A DNA stretch of 64,000 nucleotides from Candidatus Doudnabacteria bacterium (GCA_038230955.1 JBBRMG010000002.1:1199-65198); one strand, 5' to 3'; shown: positions 29,954 to 41,255, counted from the first letter of the stretch. The notes: generated by a model not told the origin, from the letters alone. Numbers and translations are program-made.

Positions 29954-30008
29954 AGCCCATTACTATACAAAATTTTACTCCGGAGGTCAATTCACGGTAC
30001 AATAGAGC

Positions 30009-30446
30009 ATGCAACGCCGATATGACATCCGTCTGACCGAGGCTCGAAAACTAGCAAAAGAGCTGGCCCGTAGCCTTAAAGGAGGCGAAACCTTAGCCTT
30101 AGTCGGCGCATTAGGAAGCGGTAAAACAACCTTTACTCAGGCATTGGGAGCAGCGCTTGGAGTTAAGCACAAAATCCATAGTCCAACTTTTATAGTAATG
30201 CAGGAATTTCCGACTACTCGCAAAACCAGCGGCCACGGAAAAACTAGCAAACAACCAATCTGGCTCATTCACGCTGATCTTTACAGGACTGCAGACTTCC
30301 GGGAAGTAAGATCCACAGGAATTCCTGAGCTTTGGACTAAGCCCAACATTATTACTGTTATCGAATGGGCCGACAAAATTAAAAAGTACTTGCCCTCCTC
30401 TACTATATATATTCATTTAACCCGTGACGTCACAGATGCACAATAA
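30009..30446 (+). CDS. tsaE: tRNA t6A biosynthesis ATPase TsaE
   Basis: GALGSGKTTF, SPTF, HADLYR and IEWA motifs. Confidence 0.95.
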   Translation: MQRRYDIRLTEARKLAKELARSLKGGETLALVGALGSGKTTFTQALGAALGVKHKIHSPTFIVMQEFPTTRKTSGHGKTSKQPIWLIHADLYRTADFREVRSTGIPELWTKPNIITVIEWADKIKKYLPSSTIYIHLTRDVTDAQ

Positions 30447-31722
30447 CTTATCACAAAAATATTTAATCTTTATATGCCTAGTGGTAATAGGCGCAGGAAT
30501 TTCTGCATTGCCTCGGAATACTAGGGCTGCCCAAAAGAGCACAGGCTCTTCCGACCCAAGTCAAATTAAATCTCTTACTATTCCCAGCAACTTGGCGCTG
30601 TCTTGGAAAGGTCAATATACTTTGGAGGATGGTTCGTCATTACACCGATTCCATCCAAGCATCAAAGATGCCATCGCTTTTTCATTGACTGGTGCTTACA
30701 CGAATAACATTAAACGCGGTCAACTGTTTTCTTTTAGCCCTGCCGCTGTCTATACGTGGATTGTAGCAAACACCAAAGATTACAATGTAAAACCGCAGGA
30801 GCCAAAAATTACTATAGTCGATGATCGCGTCACTGATTTCCTCGCCCCGCAAAACGGTCAAACGGTTGATGCTTACGCATCGATGGAAAACGCATTAGTA
30901 GATTTGGAAAGCGGTAATTACACAACTACGCCGGTTGTGAATATCACCCAATCTCGCAATAATTTAGATGAGCTCAATAATTTAGGGATAAAAGAATTAA
31001 TCAGCCGAGGTGAATCAACTTTTAATAATAGCCCGGGCAATCGTCGCCACAATATTGCTGTCGGGGTAAAAAGAATGACTGGGGTTATTATTCATCCAGG
31101 TGAAGAGTTTAGCTTCAACAAATTTCTTGGCCCAGTAGAAGCTTACGCCGGATTCTTGCCAGAGCTCGTCATTAAAGGTGGCGAAGGAACCGTTCCTGAA
31201 TTAGGCGGAGGGCTATGTCAAGTTTCGTCCACAACTTTTCGGGCTGCCATTCATGCGGGGCTACCAATTACCCAACGAAAAAATCATTCATACGCAGTAT
31301 CCTATTATGCCCCTCAAGGGACAGACGCTACCATCTATCCTGGGGTAATTGACTTGAAATTCGTAAACAATACTTTGGGCAGTATTATGATTTGGCCTTA
31401 CTTCCCAGAACAAAATAAATTAGTGTTTGATTTTTATGGTACTAGAGATAACCGCCAAGTCATTTTAAAAGACCCTATCCAATATGATCGCAAATCAGAT
31501 GGATCGCTGAAAGCTAGTTGGACTCAAACAGTTATAATGGATGGCACAACCGACACTAAAACTTTTTATTCAGTCTATCAACCACCGGCACTGTTCCATA
31601 AAACCGAAAGGTTTGTGACGGCTGCTCCTGCAGGTACTGTCCCGCCAGTCCTCGCTCCTCCCGTTACAACCACCCCTCCCGCCACTCCCCCGGCCACAAA
31701 ACCCACGCAGATAACTCAATAA
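30424..31722 (+). CDS. VanW-family membrane-anchored protein
   Basis: [27 protein letters not shown] and DLKFVN motifs; Pro/Thr-rich tail; start uncertain. Confidence 0.88.
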   Translation: MTSQMHNNLSQKYLIFICLVVIGAGISALPRNTRAAQKSTGSSDPSQIKSLTIPSNLALSWKGQYTLEDGSSLHRFHPSIKDAIAFSLTGAYTNNIKRGQLFSFSPAAVYTWIVANTKDYNVKPQEPKITIVDDRVTDFLAPQNGQTVDAYASMENALVDLESGNYTTTPVVNITQSRNNLDELNNLGIKELISRGESTFNNSPGNRRHNIAVGVKRMTGVIIHPGEEFSFNKFLGPVEAYAGFLPELVIKGGEGTVPELGGGLCQVSSTTFRAAIHAGLPITQRKNHSYAVSYYAPQGTDATIYPGVIDLKFVNNTLGSIMIWPYFPEQNKLVFDFYGTRDNRQVILKDPIQYDRKSDGSLKASWTQTVIMDGTTDTKTFYSVYQPPALFHKTERFVTAAPAGTVPPVLAPPVTTTPPATPPATKPTQITQ

Positions 31723-31724
31723 AT

Positions 31725-32753
31725 ATGATTGAATCTACTGCAGACACATCCATTGCTTCTCCCACGGAATTACCGGAAGAACACGTTTTAGAACAAACCC
31801 TCCGTCCTCAGGGTTTACCTGAATTTATCGGCCAAGAGACTCTCAAGAAAAACTTACTCATAGTAATGGAAGCGGCGCGAATGCGTGGCGATACCTTAGA
31901 ACACGCTATGTTGTATGGTCCGCCAGGTTTAGGAAAAACTACACTGGCTCACATTATCGCCCGAGAAATGAACAGCAATATTAAAGTGACGTCAGGACCA
32001 GCTATTGAACGGGCTGGTGATTTAGCATCACTTTTAACAAACTTGTCCGACGGCGATGTTTTATTCATAGATGAAATTCATCGGCTAAACAAAATAGTAG
32101 AGGAAGTGCTTTATCCCGCGATGGAAGACGGCGTACTCGATATCATGTTAGGCAAAGGACCCGGAGCTCGCAGTGTGCGCATGGACTTACCGAAATTTAC
32201 ATTAATTGGGGCGACAACTCGTATCGGTTTAATTTCTGCTCCCCTGCGTGATAGGTTTGGCTTAGTGTACCATTTAGACTATTATGGTGACGCTGACTTG
32301 GAAAAAATTATTGGCCGCTCAGCCGAAATACTAAAAGCCAAAATTGCCCCGGCAGCTACCGGAGAATTAGCTAAGCGTAGTCGATTCACTCCGCGCATCG
32401 CCAACCGTCTACTCAAACGAGTCCGTGACTTTGCCCAGGTAGGAGGGCATGATACAATTACATTACCGGTAGCCCAGGAGGCTCTAGAATTACTGGGAGT
32501 TGATCAGTACGGATTAGACCGTAACGACCGTCGGATTTTAGAAATTCTTATTGAAAAGTTTAAAGGTGGTCCGGTCGGTTTAACTACCCTGTCAGCAGCC
32601 ACTGGAGAAGAAGCTGATACTATTACCGATGTCTACGAACCATTTCTCATTCGCCAAGGACTGCTCAACCGAACCCCTAAGGGACGAGAAGTAACAGACC
32701 GAGCCCGAGAACACTTAGGCGCGTTGGGAAGCGGCCAAGGCACTATCATTTAA
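31725..32753 (+). CDS. ruvB: Holliday junction DNA helicase RuvB
   Basis: [33 protein letters not shown] and YEPFL motifs. Confidence 0.98.
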   Translation: MIESTADTSIASPTELPEEHVLEQTLRPQGLPEFIGQETLKKNLLIVMEAARMRGDTLEHAMLYGPPGLGKTTLAHIIAREMNSNIKVTSGPAIERAGDLASLLTNLSDGDVLFIDEIHRLNKIVEEVLYPAMEDGVLDIMLGKGPGARSVRMDLPKFTLIGATTRIGLISAPLRDRFGLVYHLDYYGDADLEKIIGRSAEILKAKIAPAATGELAKRSRFTPRIANRLLKRVRDFAQVGGHDTITLPVAQEALELLGVDQYGLDRNDRRILEILIEKFKGGPVGLTTLSAATGEEADTITDVYEPFLIRQGLLNRTPKGREVTDRAREHLGALGSGQGTII

Positions 32754-32764
32754 AGTCTTACGCA

Positions 32765-32983
32765 ATGCATTACCAAGTCCAGTCAATCATTCAAATAGCG
32801 GCTTACAGTGTATATTATATTATTATCGGACTTCTTGCATTAGCTAGTCTATTTGGGGTTTATATTCTTACCGCCTACGGTCGCAGTCGCAGTATTTCTT
32901 TAGTCGTCAGTTTAATCTATATTGTGGTGTTTCTAATTCTATTTGCAACGTCGCAAAGCACTCTGCATTCACTTTTTTCTTAA
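32765..32983 (+). CDS. Small membrane protein (2 TM)
   Basis: 72-aa hydrophobic ORF within an operon. Confidence 0.7.
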   Translation: MHYQVQSIIQIAAYSVYYIIIGLLALASLFGVYILTAYGRSRSISLVVSLIYIVVFLILFATSQSTLHSLFS

Positions 32984-32992
32984 CCAAATCTC

Positions 32993-33523
32993 ATGCGCAG
33001 ACTTTTCCCCAGCCAGCTAGATGACGAGAAAATTTACTTAGTTGTAAGAGAGCACTGGTTTTTACTCCTCTTAAAATATTTAATAGTCATCTTTTTATTT
33101 GGCGCGTTGATTGCTTTTCAAACTTACGCTCCAGGGGCCGTGCCGGCATTATTTACCGGTATAGTGGGCAATGTTGTTACGTTAGTGAGCCAGATCTATG
33201 TCATTGCCCTTGTAGCCGCGACATTTTTAGTTTGGGTTCTCTACTATTTAAATATTCAAATTATTACCAATATTCGGATAGTCGATGTTGATCAAGGCGG
33301 TTTATTTCGACGCCGGATTTCTGAATTACATATTGATAAAATTGAGGACGTGACCAGTGAAATTAGCGGTATTTTAGCGAATGTTTTCCAGTATGGCAAC
33401 GTTTCTGTACAGACAGCGGGCACAGTAGAACGATTTGAGTTTTATCGTATTCCCAGTCCAGACCAAGTCGAACGATTAATTTTAGACTTGTACGAAAAGC
33501 GGCCACAACGACCTGACGCTTAA
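32993..33523 (+). CDS. Membrane protein with bacterial PH domain
   Basis: REHW, two TM segments, ITNIRIVDVDQ.GLF, IEDV and YGNV.VQTAG. Confidence 0.8.
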   Translation: MRRLFPSQLDDEKIYLVVREHWFLLLLKYLIVIFLFGALIAFQTYAPGAVPALFTGIVGNVVTLVSQIYVIALVAATFLVWVLYYLNIQIITNIRIVDVDQGGLFRRRISELHIDKIEDVTSEISGILANVFQYGNVSVQTAGTVERFEFYRIPSPDQVERLILDLYEKRPQRPDA

Positions 33524-33535
33524 TTATCTCCTTTT

Positions 33536-34609
33536 ATGAATATCCTCATCCTCGCAGGCGGGTCGGGTACTCGGCTATGGCCTGCTAGTCGGCGCAAGCA
33601 GCCAAAACAGCTTATGCATTTTATCGGTGATAAAACGCTTTTGCAAAATACCTATAACAGATTTAAGGGGTTTGCGCGGCCGGGGCAAATCTATGTTGGC
33701 ACTCTAAAAAACTATGCCGGGGCAATTCAAAAACAGCTGCCACAGATTCCCAAAAAAAACTATTCGTTAGAGCCAACATTAAAAGATCGCGCTCCCGCTA
33801 TTGGTCTAGCCGCACTTATTATGCACCATGACAATCCTGAAAGCTGTTTTGTTACAGCCTGGAGTGATCATTATATAAAAGAGGAAGCGAAATACTTGGC
33901 GATGCTAAGAAAAGCGGAGAAGTTTCTCAAAGCCAACCCAGAACAAACTATTACCGTTGGCATCGCTCCATCTTTTGCCCACACTGGCATGGGCTATATT
34001 GAAAAAGGTAAAATGATAAAATCTATTCCTGGATTAGCAATGAACCATGTTTATGCTTTCAAAGAAAAACCAGACTTAAAAACCGCTACCCGTTATATAA
34101 AATCAAAAAAATACTTATGGAATAGCGGTTACTTTATTTGGAAAACGTCTACTTTGCTAGATTTGTACAAAAAACATTTACCGGAAATTTACGCATTGCT
34201 CATGGAAATTAAACCGGCACTTGGAACAAAAAAACAACAGGCCTCGATAGATAAAATTTATCCACGGATGCCCAAGCTAGACATTGAAAAAGGGCTGATT
34301 GAAAAACTTACCAACCGAATGGTAATAACTGCGGATTTTAGCTGGGCCGATGTTGGCAGCTGGAAAGTAGTGAAAGATGCTCTATCCCCTAACAGCAACT
34401 TAATCAAAGGCCCCTGGGTTGGAATAGATACCGCAGACAGCTTAGTCTACAACTACACCAAGAAGTTAGTGGCAACCGCTGGAACAAAGGACCTGATTAT
34501 TGTCGTCACCCCAGACGTGGTACTTGTGGCCAACAAAGACAGTGCCGAAGACATCAAAAAACTGACAGCTATGCTCGAGGCCAACCCTCAATGGAAGAAA
34601 TTTTTATAG
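33536..34609 (+). CDS. manC: Mannose-1-phosphate guanylyltransferase
   Basis: ILAGGSGTRLWP.SR..PKQ, SDH, FKEKPD, WNSG and WADVGSW motifs. Confidence 0.9.
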   Translation: MNILILAGGSGTRLWPASRRKQPKQLMHFIGDKTLLQNTYNRFKGFARPGQIYVGTLKNYAGAIQKQLPQIPKKNYSLEPTLKDRAPAIGLAALIMHHDNPESCFVTAWSDHYIKEEAKYLAMLRKAEKFLKANPEQTITVGIAPSFAHTGMGYIEKGKMIKSIPGLAMNHVYAFKEKPDLKTATRYIKSKKYLWNSGYFIWKTSTLLDLYKKHLPEIYALLMEIKPALGTKKQQASIDKIYPRMPKLDIEKGLIEKLTNRMVITADFSWADVGSWKVVKDALSPNSNLIKGPWVGIDTADSLVYNYTKKLVATAGTKDLIIVVTPDVVLVANKDSAEDIKKLTAMLEANPQWKKFL

Positions 34610-34663
34610 CATCATTACAACTTTCTAAAAAAACTGTATACTAATGATTATTAACCTCCCTCT

Positions 34664-35983
34664 GTGACCCAATTTATTATTCAAGTAATCATTGTTTTTC
34701 TGCTAACCCTGCTTAATGGATTCTTTGTTCTCAGTGAGATTGCTTTGATTTCTATTCGGAAAACTCGCGTGGCCGCTTTGGTTAACCAAGGAAACGCACG
34801 AGCGCTTATTATCCAGCGGCTCCACGACAATCCGGAAAGCCTATTCGCTACCACTCAAGTCGGCGTTTCGCTCATCACTATTGCCGCTTCTGCTTTCGCT
34901 GGGGCCAGTATTGCCAACGAACTTGCCAGTTATGTCCGCCAAATCCCAATCGCATTTTTCTACAATTACGACCACACTATCAGCTTTATTATAGTAGTAG
35001 CCGCTGTGGCCTACCTAAGCCTCATTATTGGTGAGCTGGTCCCTAAATCACTGGGACTACGCTATGCTGAGCGCTTTAGCTTAATTGCTGCTTATCCTAT
35101 CTGGATTTTATCTAAAATTCTTACGGCGCCCATTGCCATACTGACTTTCTCTTCTAATATCATCTTGCGGCTGTTCAAAGATACCACTCACTTTGCCGAA
35201 GGACGATTATCGGAAGAAGAAATTCGAGCCACCATTGCCGAAGGACGTAGAGCTGGAACAATTGAACCCCGGGAACACACTATCATAGAAAACGTGTTTG
35301 ATTTTTCCGACTTAAGCGTCGATAAAATAATGGTTGCCAGAGCAAAAATGACCGCATTTGATAGCAATGAACCTGTGGCCAATATTATCAAAAATGCAAT
35401 CGAATCAGGCTACTCCCGCATTCCAATATATCAAGGAGAACTCAATAATATTATTGGGGTACTTTATACAAAAAAATTACTGTCTGCTTTTGGCCAATCA
35501 TCAGACAATCTTGAACTTAAAAATTATTTAGTATCGCCATCTTTTGTTCCCGCAGCGATGAAAATTAACGATGTATTACATTCTCTTCAAAAAAATAAAG
35601 CCCACCTGGCACTAGTCACAGACGAGCATGGCGAAGTAGAAGGGTTAGTGACCATGGAAGATGTACTAGAAGAAATCGTTGGCGAAATCACGGATGAAAC
35701 TGACGAAGCAAATAGAGAGATTAAACAAACCGGTAATGATTTCTTGGTAGCTGGGGATCTCTCTATCGTTGACTTTAATAAATATTTTGAACAAACTCTG
35801 CCCGAAGACGAAGATTACAATACTATTTCCGGATTTATTTTGGATCAAGTAGGACATTTTCCTGACGCCGGTGAAACAGTAGAATTCGGTGATCTAAAAT
35901 TTATCGTAAAAGAAGCGGCTATGAGAACAGTTAAATCAGTGGTCGTACAAGGTGCCAAAAAAAACACCCCAGCACTTAGCTGA
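34664..35983 (+). CDS. Hemolysin-family / CNNM (DUF21-CBS-CorC) transporter
   Basis: NGFFV.SEIA, GELVPK, YSRIP and VTDEHG..GLVT.EDV.EEIVGEI motifs. Confidence 0.92.
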   Translation: MTQFIIQVIIVFLLTLLNGFFVLSEIALISIRKTRVAALVNQGNARALIIQRLHDNPESLFATTQVGVSLITIAASAFAGASIANELASYVRQIPIAFFYNYDHTISFIIVVAAVAYLSLIIGELVPKSLGLRYAERFSLIAAYPIWILSKILTAPIAILTFSSNIILRLFKDTTHFAEGRLSEEEIRATIAEGRRAGTIEPREHTIIENVFDFSDLSVDKIMVARAKMTAFDSNEPVANIIKNAIESGYSRIPIYQGELNNIIGVLYTKKLLSAFGQSSDNLELKNYLVSPSFVPAAMKINDVLHSLQKNKAHLALVTDEHGEVEGLVTMEDVLEEIVGEITDETDEANREIKQTGNDFLVAGDLSIVDFNKYFEQTLPEDEDYNTISGFILDQVGHFPDAGETVEFGDLKFIVKEAAMRTVKSVVVQGAKKNTPALS

Positions 35984-36010
35984 GGTGTTTTAATTCCAAT
36001 TTCTTCTGGA

Positions 36011-36376
36011 TTACATCGCAGAAGCGGTGGAACCAGAATTACCCTTACCTAATCCAACTGCTAAAAATACGACAGTCAAGATCAAGTGGAATAGGTTATC
36101 GGCTAAGTTAACATGTAGCAAACCAAAAATATTGCCGCCGAGCAAGAAGCCCAGAATTGTAACTAAGCCATAAACTACACCAAATACAACTGCAAAAGTT
36201 TTTGCTTGGGATTCTGGCTTACCTGCAAAGTACAGAGCCAAGATACCGGACACAATGTGAATCAAGTTATGCAAGGTGTTGACTTCAAGAATACCCAATA
36301 CCGGGTGGTTAAAAAAACCAAGGATGCCGCTAAGGACAAACACAACACCTAACACATACAATACGTTCTTTATCAT
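36011..36376 (-). CDS. DUF4383-like membrane protein
   Basis: HNLIH and ADNLFHL motifs, 4 TM. Confidence 0.8.
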   Translation of the reverse strand: MIKNVLYVLGVVFVLSGILGFFNHPVLGILEVNTLHNLIHIVSGILALYFAGKPESQAKTFAVVFGVVYGLVTILGFLLGGNIFGLLHVNLADNLFHLILTVVFLAVGLGKGNSGSTASAM

Positions 36377-36481
36377 ATAAGTAATTTAAATAACTGTTTT
36401 TTATTGAACATAAGTTCTTGTAGGCATCGACCAGGTCCTACTTCAAGCTTCAAGTTTATTATACCACGACAAATAACAAAT

Positions 36482-37570
36482 TTATTGATTTTCTTCCTCT
36501 TGGACGCTTGGGGCCAAAGTCACATGTTGACCGGCCATTTCTAAGGGGTGAGTGGTGGTAATGAAAGTCTGGAACTTCCCTTGTAAATATTTAAGTAAGA
36601 ATGTTCGCCGGGTTTCATCGAGTTCAGACAAAACATCATCTAGTAGTAAAATTGGCTTATCATCAACCTGAGTCAGGTACTCCAGTTCCAAAATTTTTAG
36701 TGCCAGAATCTGACTGCGTTGTTCACCGCGGGAAGAAAAGGAGCTTAGGTACAACCCCTCGCTTTGTAGGGAGAAATCATCTCGGTGTGGTCCTACCAAA
36801 GAAGTGCCGACAATTTGTTCTTTATTTTTTACCTCTGCCAGACGCTCGGTAAAATTCCCTACAATCTCTTCTTCAGTCTCACCAAGAATGCTGTCATAAA
36901 CCACCTCAACTGTACGATGAAACTTGGAAATAGCTGTATAGACTTCGGAAATATTTTGATTAAGGAAATTTATAAACCGTTTACGCTCCATAACTATTCG
37001 ACTGCCAACTTCTACTAATTGCATATTCCATGGGTCGACATCTTCGGGTCGTGCGCTCCCTAACTTAATATCAGTGAGCAAACGATTTTTCTGCGATAAT
37101 ATCCTTTTGTAATTTGTCAGGTCTTCTAAGTAAGATAAACTTTTCTGCGACATCACCATATTTAAATACTTGCGCCGGGCTTCCGGTGGCTTTGAAAAAA
37201 TATCTACATCAGTAGGTTCAAAAATTACTACCCTCATAAACCCTTGGGCTTCTTTTCGTTTCTTTTTTACGCCATCGATTTTAAAATTAGCATAGATCTT
37301 ATCACGCTTTTCCAAATAAATATCTAGCTGATGATCTTCCCCCTCACGCTCCAGTAACATTTTTATTTCGGCGGCAGCGCTCCCTTTTAAGAAAATAAAT
37401 TCTGCGTCATCTCGAAAAGATTTAAATAAAGAGGCAAAATAAACTGATTCCAATAAGTTAGTTTTTCCCACTGCATTTGGACCAGAAAGCACCACCATGT
37501 CACTGGTGATATTAAGGCTTAGGTCGGGGTAGTTGCGGAAGTTTTTGATCTCGATATTCTTGATTCTCAT
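36482..37570 (-). CDS. recF: DNA replication and repair protein RecF
   Basis: NFRNY, GPNAVGKTNLLE, GPHRDD, SRGEQR and LLLDDVLSELD motifs. Confidence 0.96.
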   Translation of the reverse strand: MRIKNIEIKNFRNYPDLSLNITSDMVVLSGPNAVGKTNLLESVYFASLFKSFRDDAEFIFLKGSAAAEIKMLLEREGEDHQLDIYLEKRDKIYANFKIDGVKKKRKEAQGFMRVVIFEPTDVDIFSKPPEARRKYLNMVMSQKSLSYLEDLTNYKRILSQKNRLLTDIKLGSARPEDVDPWNMQLVEVGSRIVMERKRFINFLNQNISEVYTAISKFHRTVEVVYDSILGETEEEIVGNFTERLAEVKNKEQIVGTSLVGPHRDDFSLQSEGLYLSSFSSRGEQRSQILALKILELEYLTQVDDKPILLLDDVLSELDETRRTFLLKYLQGKFQTFITTTHPLEMAGQHVTLAPSVQEEENQ

Positions 37571-37583
37571 AAGTTTATTGGAA

Positions 37584-38681
37584 TTATCCTTTAATTGGCA
37601 TAACTAAATACATGTAATCATTGTCGCCTTGGGGCACAAATATAACAGGGGCGTTCTCATCAACCACCTTCACTGTAATGGCTTCAGCGGTCACAACTGA
37701 CAGAACATCGAGAACATAACGATAGTTTAGCATCACTGTGCCGGCCGTTCCACTAATCTCTGCGGGGACCTCTGCCACGCTCTCCCCTACATCATGTGAG
37801 ACTGCGCTCACGACCATGCTTTGCTTATCAGCATCATATGACATTGTGACTGTCCCTGTTCCCCGTGAAAATATACCACTTGTCTTTAGCGCAGATGATA
37901 ATGCTTGCCGTTCTACCAAGATTGTAGCATTAAATGCTTCGGGGATAATCTGCTTATAATCTGGGTACTGTCCGTCAATTAAGCGGCTGACTAAGTAACT
38001 GTCACCAACACTAACGGTCATCTGGCTATCGGCAATAATCACCGAAACATCATCCGTAAACCCATTCAATAATCTAGATATCTCTGCCGCTGTTTTGTGT
38101 GGAATGATAACTTGCTTTTCCAACTCTGATGATTCAACAATGATGGTTCTTTCGGCCAGTCGGTATCGGTCTGTGGCTACCAGTTTTAGGTTTCCTTTTC
38201 CGGGTTGAATCAGTATTCCTGAAATTTCCGGTTGTGATTCACTGGTGCTCGCTGAGAAAACAACTGAGTCTAAGGCATTTTTCAGGGCGGCCCCATTACA
38301 TTTTATTTGCGATCCGTTTTCGACTATTGGGATGGGGGGGAATTCTTCACTTGGTAAAGTTTTTAGTTTGGTTGAATAATGTTCAGTGATAATGCTAATT
38401 TCCCCGTCTTTATTATCCAAAGTTATATTCGTGCTCGGCAAACTGTTTATTAAATCTGTTAGTGTCTTTGCGGGGATGCTCACGCTGCCCTCCTGATCAA
38501 TTTTACAGCGGATGGTTGTGCTGATTGCCACCTCTAGGTTTGTTCCGACCAGTTTAAGCTGCCCATTTTCGGTGGTCATCAAAATACTATTCAGGATTGG
38601 TAGAGTGTTGCTCGTGCCGATAACCCTTCCGACGGTGGCAAGCCCATTCTTTAAATTTTCTTGGGTGCAAACAATTTTCAT
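37584..38681 (-). CDS. dnaN: DNA polymerase III beta sliding clamp
   Basis: LPIL, EEFP, ATDRYRL, SRLIDGQYPDY and YLVMP motifs. Confidence 0.97.
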   Translation of the reverse strand: MKIVCTQENLKNGLATVGRVIGTSNTLPILNSILMTTENGQLKLVGTNLEVAISTTIRCKIDQEGSVSIPAKTLTDLINSLPSTNITLDNKDGEISIITEHYSTKLKTLPSEEFPPIPIVENGSQIKCNGAALKNALDSVVFSASTSESQPEISGILIQPGKGNLKLVATDRYRLAERTIIVESSELEKQVIIPHKTAAEISRLLNGFTDDVSVIIADSQMTVSVGDSYLVSRLIDGQYPDYKQIIPEAFNATILVERQALSSALKTSGIFSRGTGTVTMSYDADKQSMVVSAVSHDVGESVAEVPAEISGTAGTVMLNYRYVLDVLSVVTAEAITVKVVDENAPVIFVPQGDNDYMYLVMPIKG

Positions 38682-38900
38682 TGTTGTTATTAATTAATTT
38701 AAATAAATAGTAGTAATAGTAATAAGGGCTGGGGATTTGTGGATGGGTGGAATATCGGCAATGTTTATAGGCAGTTTCCCGTTTCTGGTATGTTGGTATC
38801 TCAGTGCACAAAGGGCGGGTAGAGCTGTGGATGTTTGGGGGTAATTATTAGGTGCGCTACATGGCTGTGTATATACTCAGTTTTTATTAAGTGCTTATCA
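38682..38900. other. oriC unwinding region (DnaA boxes, GC patch, DnaA-trios, AT-rich tract)
   Basis: Minus strand CCATCCACA-AATCCCCA-GCCC-TTATTACTATTACTACTA-AT rich; additional degenerate boxes at 38826 and 38866. Confidence 0.85.
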
Positions 38901-40271
38901 TCAGGTTATATACAACTTATCCAGTATCAAATCTAATTCCTGTTTTACGGTTTCATTGGTGCTGACAATGTTTTCAATTTTATCAACGCCGTGCATTACA
39001 GTTGTGTGGTCTCTTCCTCCAAAGAACTCGCCAATGGTAGGGAATGAGCTATTGAGTTCTTTTCGTGAGATGTACATTGCTACCTGTCTCGGTTTAACAT
39101 ATTCCTTACGGCGGGATTGTTTAATCAAGTCTTCAATTGTGATGTTGTAGAATTCAGCGACTGACAGAGCAATTTTTTTCAGACTAAGAACTTTCTTTTT
39201 TGCACTCATCATGTTGGCCAAAATTTGTTTTGCTCTGTCCATGGTCAGAGGAACATTTTCCATTTGTTGGAAGACAATTAGGCGATTCAATGCACCTTCT
39301 AACTCTCTTATATTACTAACAACATGCTCAGCTATAAATTCAAGGATGTCATCGGGGATATTTACCCCCCGCTTTTGTACTTTAGAATTAAGTATTGCTA
39401 ATCGTGTTTCCATATCCGGCGCTTGAACATCTGCTACCATCCCCCATTCAAACCTAGATATTAACCTTTGTTCGATTGACGTAATATCTTTTGGCTGACG
39501 ATCGGCGGTGAGGATAATCTGCTTGCCTTTGTCGCGAAGCTCATTAAATGTATGAAAGAATTCTTCTTGCGTTCCTTCTTTACCGGCGATAAACTGAATA
39601 TCATCAATTAGCAACATATCTACCGAGCGATAGATTTTCTTAAACTCATCCATTTTTTTATGGCCAATTGCATATACGTAGTCATTAGTGAATTTCTCGC
39701 TAGTGACGTACAAGACTTTACTCCGGGGATTATCGTGCATCAATTTATTGCCGACAGCGTGCATTAAGTGGGTTTTTCCTAAGCCCACGCCACCGTAAAT
39801 AAATAACGGATTGTACTGTGAACCAGGGTTTTTGCCCACTGCATTACTAGCAGCGTTGGCCAGTTCATTATGCTTGCCAATGACAAGGGTGTCGAAAACG
39901 TATTTGGGGTTTAAACTGCCAGTTGCTGCAGCTGACGTTTCTTTATGTTGATTTTGAAAATCTGTGGTCGATTGTGAGTCTACTCGTTGGCGGTCGACTT
40001 TTGGTGAAGAGCTGGGTTCAGGTCGGGCCTGGCCTACATGATATTTCACTTCTCGGATCTCTGGGCTGATTTGTTTAAGTGTTTTAAGAAGTTCATTGTG
40101 AAATTTTTCGGATATCCACTTACGGATGAACTCGCTAGGCACTCCGACAACTATGCCGTCCTCTGTTCTTTCTAGAATGGAAGTGCCTTTAAACCAGGTG
40201 TTAAAGTTGCCTCGGCTAATTGATACTTCCAGACTGCCTAATATTGATTGCCAGAGTTGTCCGTTTGTCAT
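38901..40271 (-). CDS. dnaA: Chromosomal replication initiator DnaA
   Basis: YNPLFIYGGVGLGKTHL, DDIQF, QEEFFHTFN and FGGRDHTTV motifs. Confidence 0.99.
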   Translation of the reverse strand: MTNGQLWQSILGSLEVSISRGNFNTWFKGTSILERTEDGIVVGVPSEFIRKWISEKFHNELLKTLKQISPEIREVKYHVGQARPEPSSSPKVDRQRVDSQSTTDFQNQHKETSAAATGSLNPKYVFDTLVIGKHNELANAASNAVGKNPGSQYNPLFIYGGVGLGKTHLMHAVGNKLMHDNPRSKVLYVTSEKFTNDYVYAIGHKKMDEFKKIYRSVDMLLIDDIQFIAGKEGTQEEFFHTFNELRDKGKQIILTADRQPKDITSIEQRLISRFEWGMVADVQAPDMETRLAILNSKVQKRGVNIPDDILEFIAEHVVSNIRELEGALNRLIVFQQMENVPLTMDRAKQILANMMSAKKKVLSLKKIALSVAEFYNITIEDLIKQSRRKEYVKPRQVAMYISRKELNSSFPTIGEFFGGRDHTTVMHGVDKIENIVSTNETVKQELDLILDKLYIT

Positions 40272-40336
40272 GTTTTTTTCAGGATTTCAAGTTTTATTTA
40301 AGGTTTTTTCAAGATATTCCCCATTGTAACAGGCAC

Positions 40337-40435
40337 TTATCAACATGTAAATAAAAGAAATATAACGCTTATATAAAGCCGTAAATAGTGGTTATGTGAA
40401 TATGGTGTGGAAAACTATTGAATTTTTGTGTATAT
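40337..40435. promoter_or_regulatory. Degenerate DnaA boxes in the dnaA-rpmH intergenic region
   Basis: TTATCAACA (40337), TGTGAATAT (40395), TGTGGAAAA (40406), TGTGTATAT (40427). Confidence 0.6.
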
Positions 40436-40506
40436 CTTTTTTGAAGGATTGACGGTGGCTCAATAAATTAGTATAATAGTCAAAGAATTGTTAATTATTG
40501 TCACTC

Positions 40507-40641
40507 ATGAAGAGAACCTACCAGCCGAAAGTAAAGCGCAGAAAAAGAGTGCACGGTTTCCGTAAACGTATGCAAACCAAGCCCGGAAGAAACGTGTTAG
40601 CCCGCCGCCGTCTGAAAGGACGCAAACGTCTAACTGTTTAA
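40507..40641 (+). CDS. rpmH: 50S ribosomal protein L34
   Basis: Manual translation [44 protein letters not shown] (below the ORF track cutoff). Confidence 0.98.
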   Translation: MKRTYQPKVKRRKRVHGFRKRMQTKPGRNVLARRRLKGRKRLTV

Positions 40642-40647
40642 CCCAAT

Positions 40648-40989
40648 ATGTTAAAAAAGAACTACCGCCTAACCAAAAGCAAGGATATCCAACAGACCTC
40701 CATGCGGGGGCGGAGTTTTTTTAACCCCCTTTTTGTGCTTAAATATCGAGCCGCATCTTTAGTTGAGCCGCGGTTTGGGTTTATTGTTTCAACAAAAGTA
40801 TCTAAACGGGCAGTGGAACGTAATCGCATAAAAAGGGTTGCGAGGGAACAAATCCGCTCCATTATTACTGACTTCAAAACCGGAGATTATGTTATCATTG
40901 TAAAGTCTAAAGCATCTGGGAAAACACCCACCGAATTACGGGCTTCCCTATCACAGCTTTGTCAGTCATCTAAGCTTTTGAATCTATGA
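40648..40989 (+). CDS. rnpA: Ribonuclease P protein component
   Basis: RFGFIVSTKVSKRAVERNRIKR motif; synteny. Confidence 0.96.
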   Translation: MLKKNYRLTKSKDIQQTSMRGRSFFNPLFVLKYRAASLVEPRFGFIVSTKVSKRAVERNRIKRVAREQIRSIITDFKTGDYVIIVKSKASGKTPTELRASLSQLCQSSKLLNL

Positions 40990-41255
40990 ACAAGACTATT
41001 TTAATACCCAGACAAATAGCATTGGTGTTAATCAGGATATATCAGAAAACACTATCACCGGACCACGGGCTGTTCCGAGCACGTTACCCTCACGGGTTTT
41101 GTCGTTACTATCCATCTTGTAGTCAATATGGATACGATGCTATTAGTCGCTATGGTTTGATTCGCGGAGGCCTTATGACAAGCTGGAGAATATTGCGTTG
41201 CAACCCATGGACTAAACCCAGCATAGACCAAGTGCCAACGCGAGCAACAATTTAA
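40986..41255 (+). CDS. yidD: Membrane protein insertion efficiency factor
   Basis: CRYYPSCSQY and RILRCNPW motifs. Confidence 0.95.
   Translation: MNKTILIPRQIALVLIRIYQKTLSPDHGLFRARYPHGFCRYYPSCSQYGYDAISRYGLIRGGLMTSWRILRCNPWTKPSIDQVPTRATI

Noticed and set aside
38587-38811. ORF with a poly-Tyr run (YYYYYY)
   Set aside because: The run is the DnaA-trio repeat of oriC read as codons.
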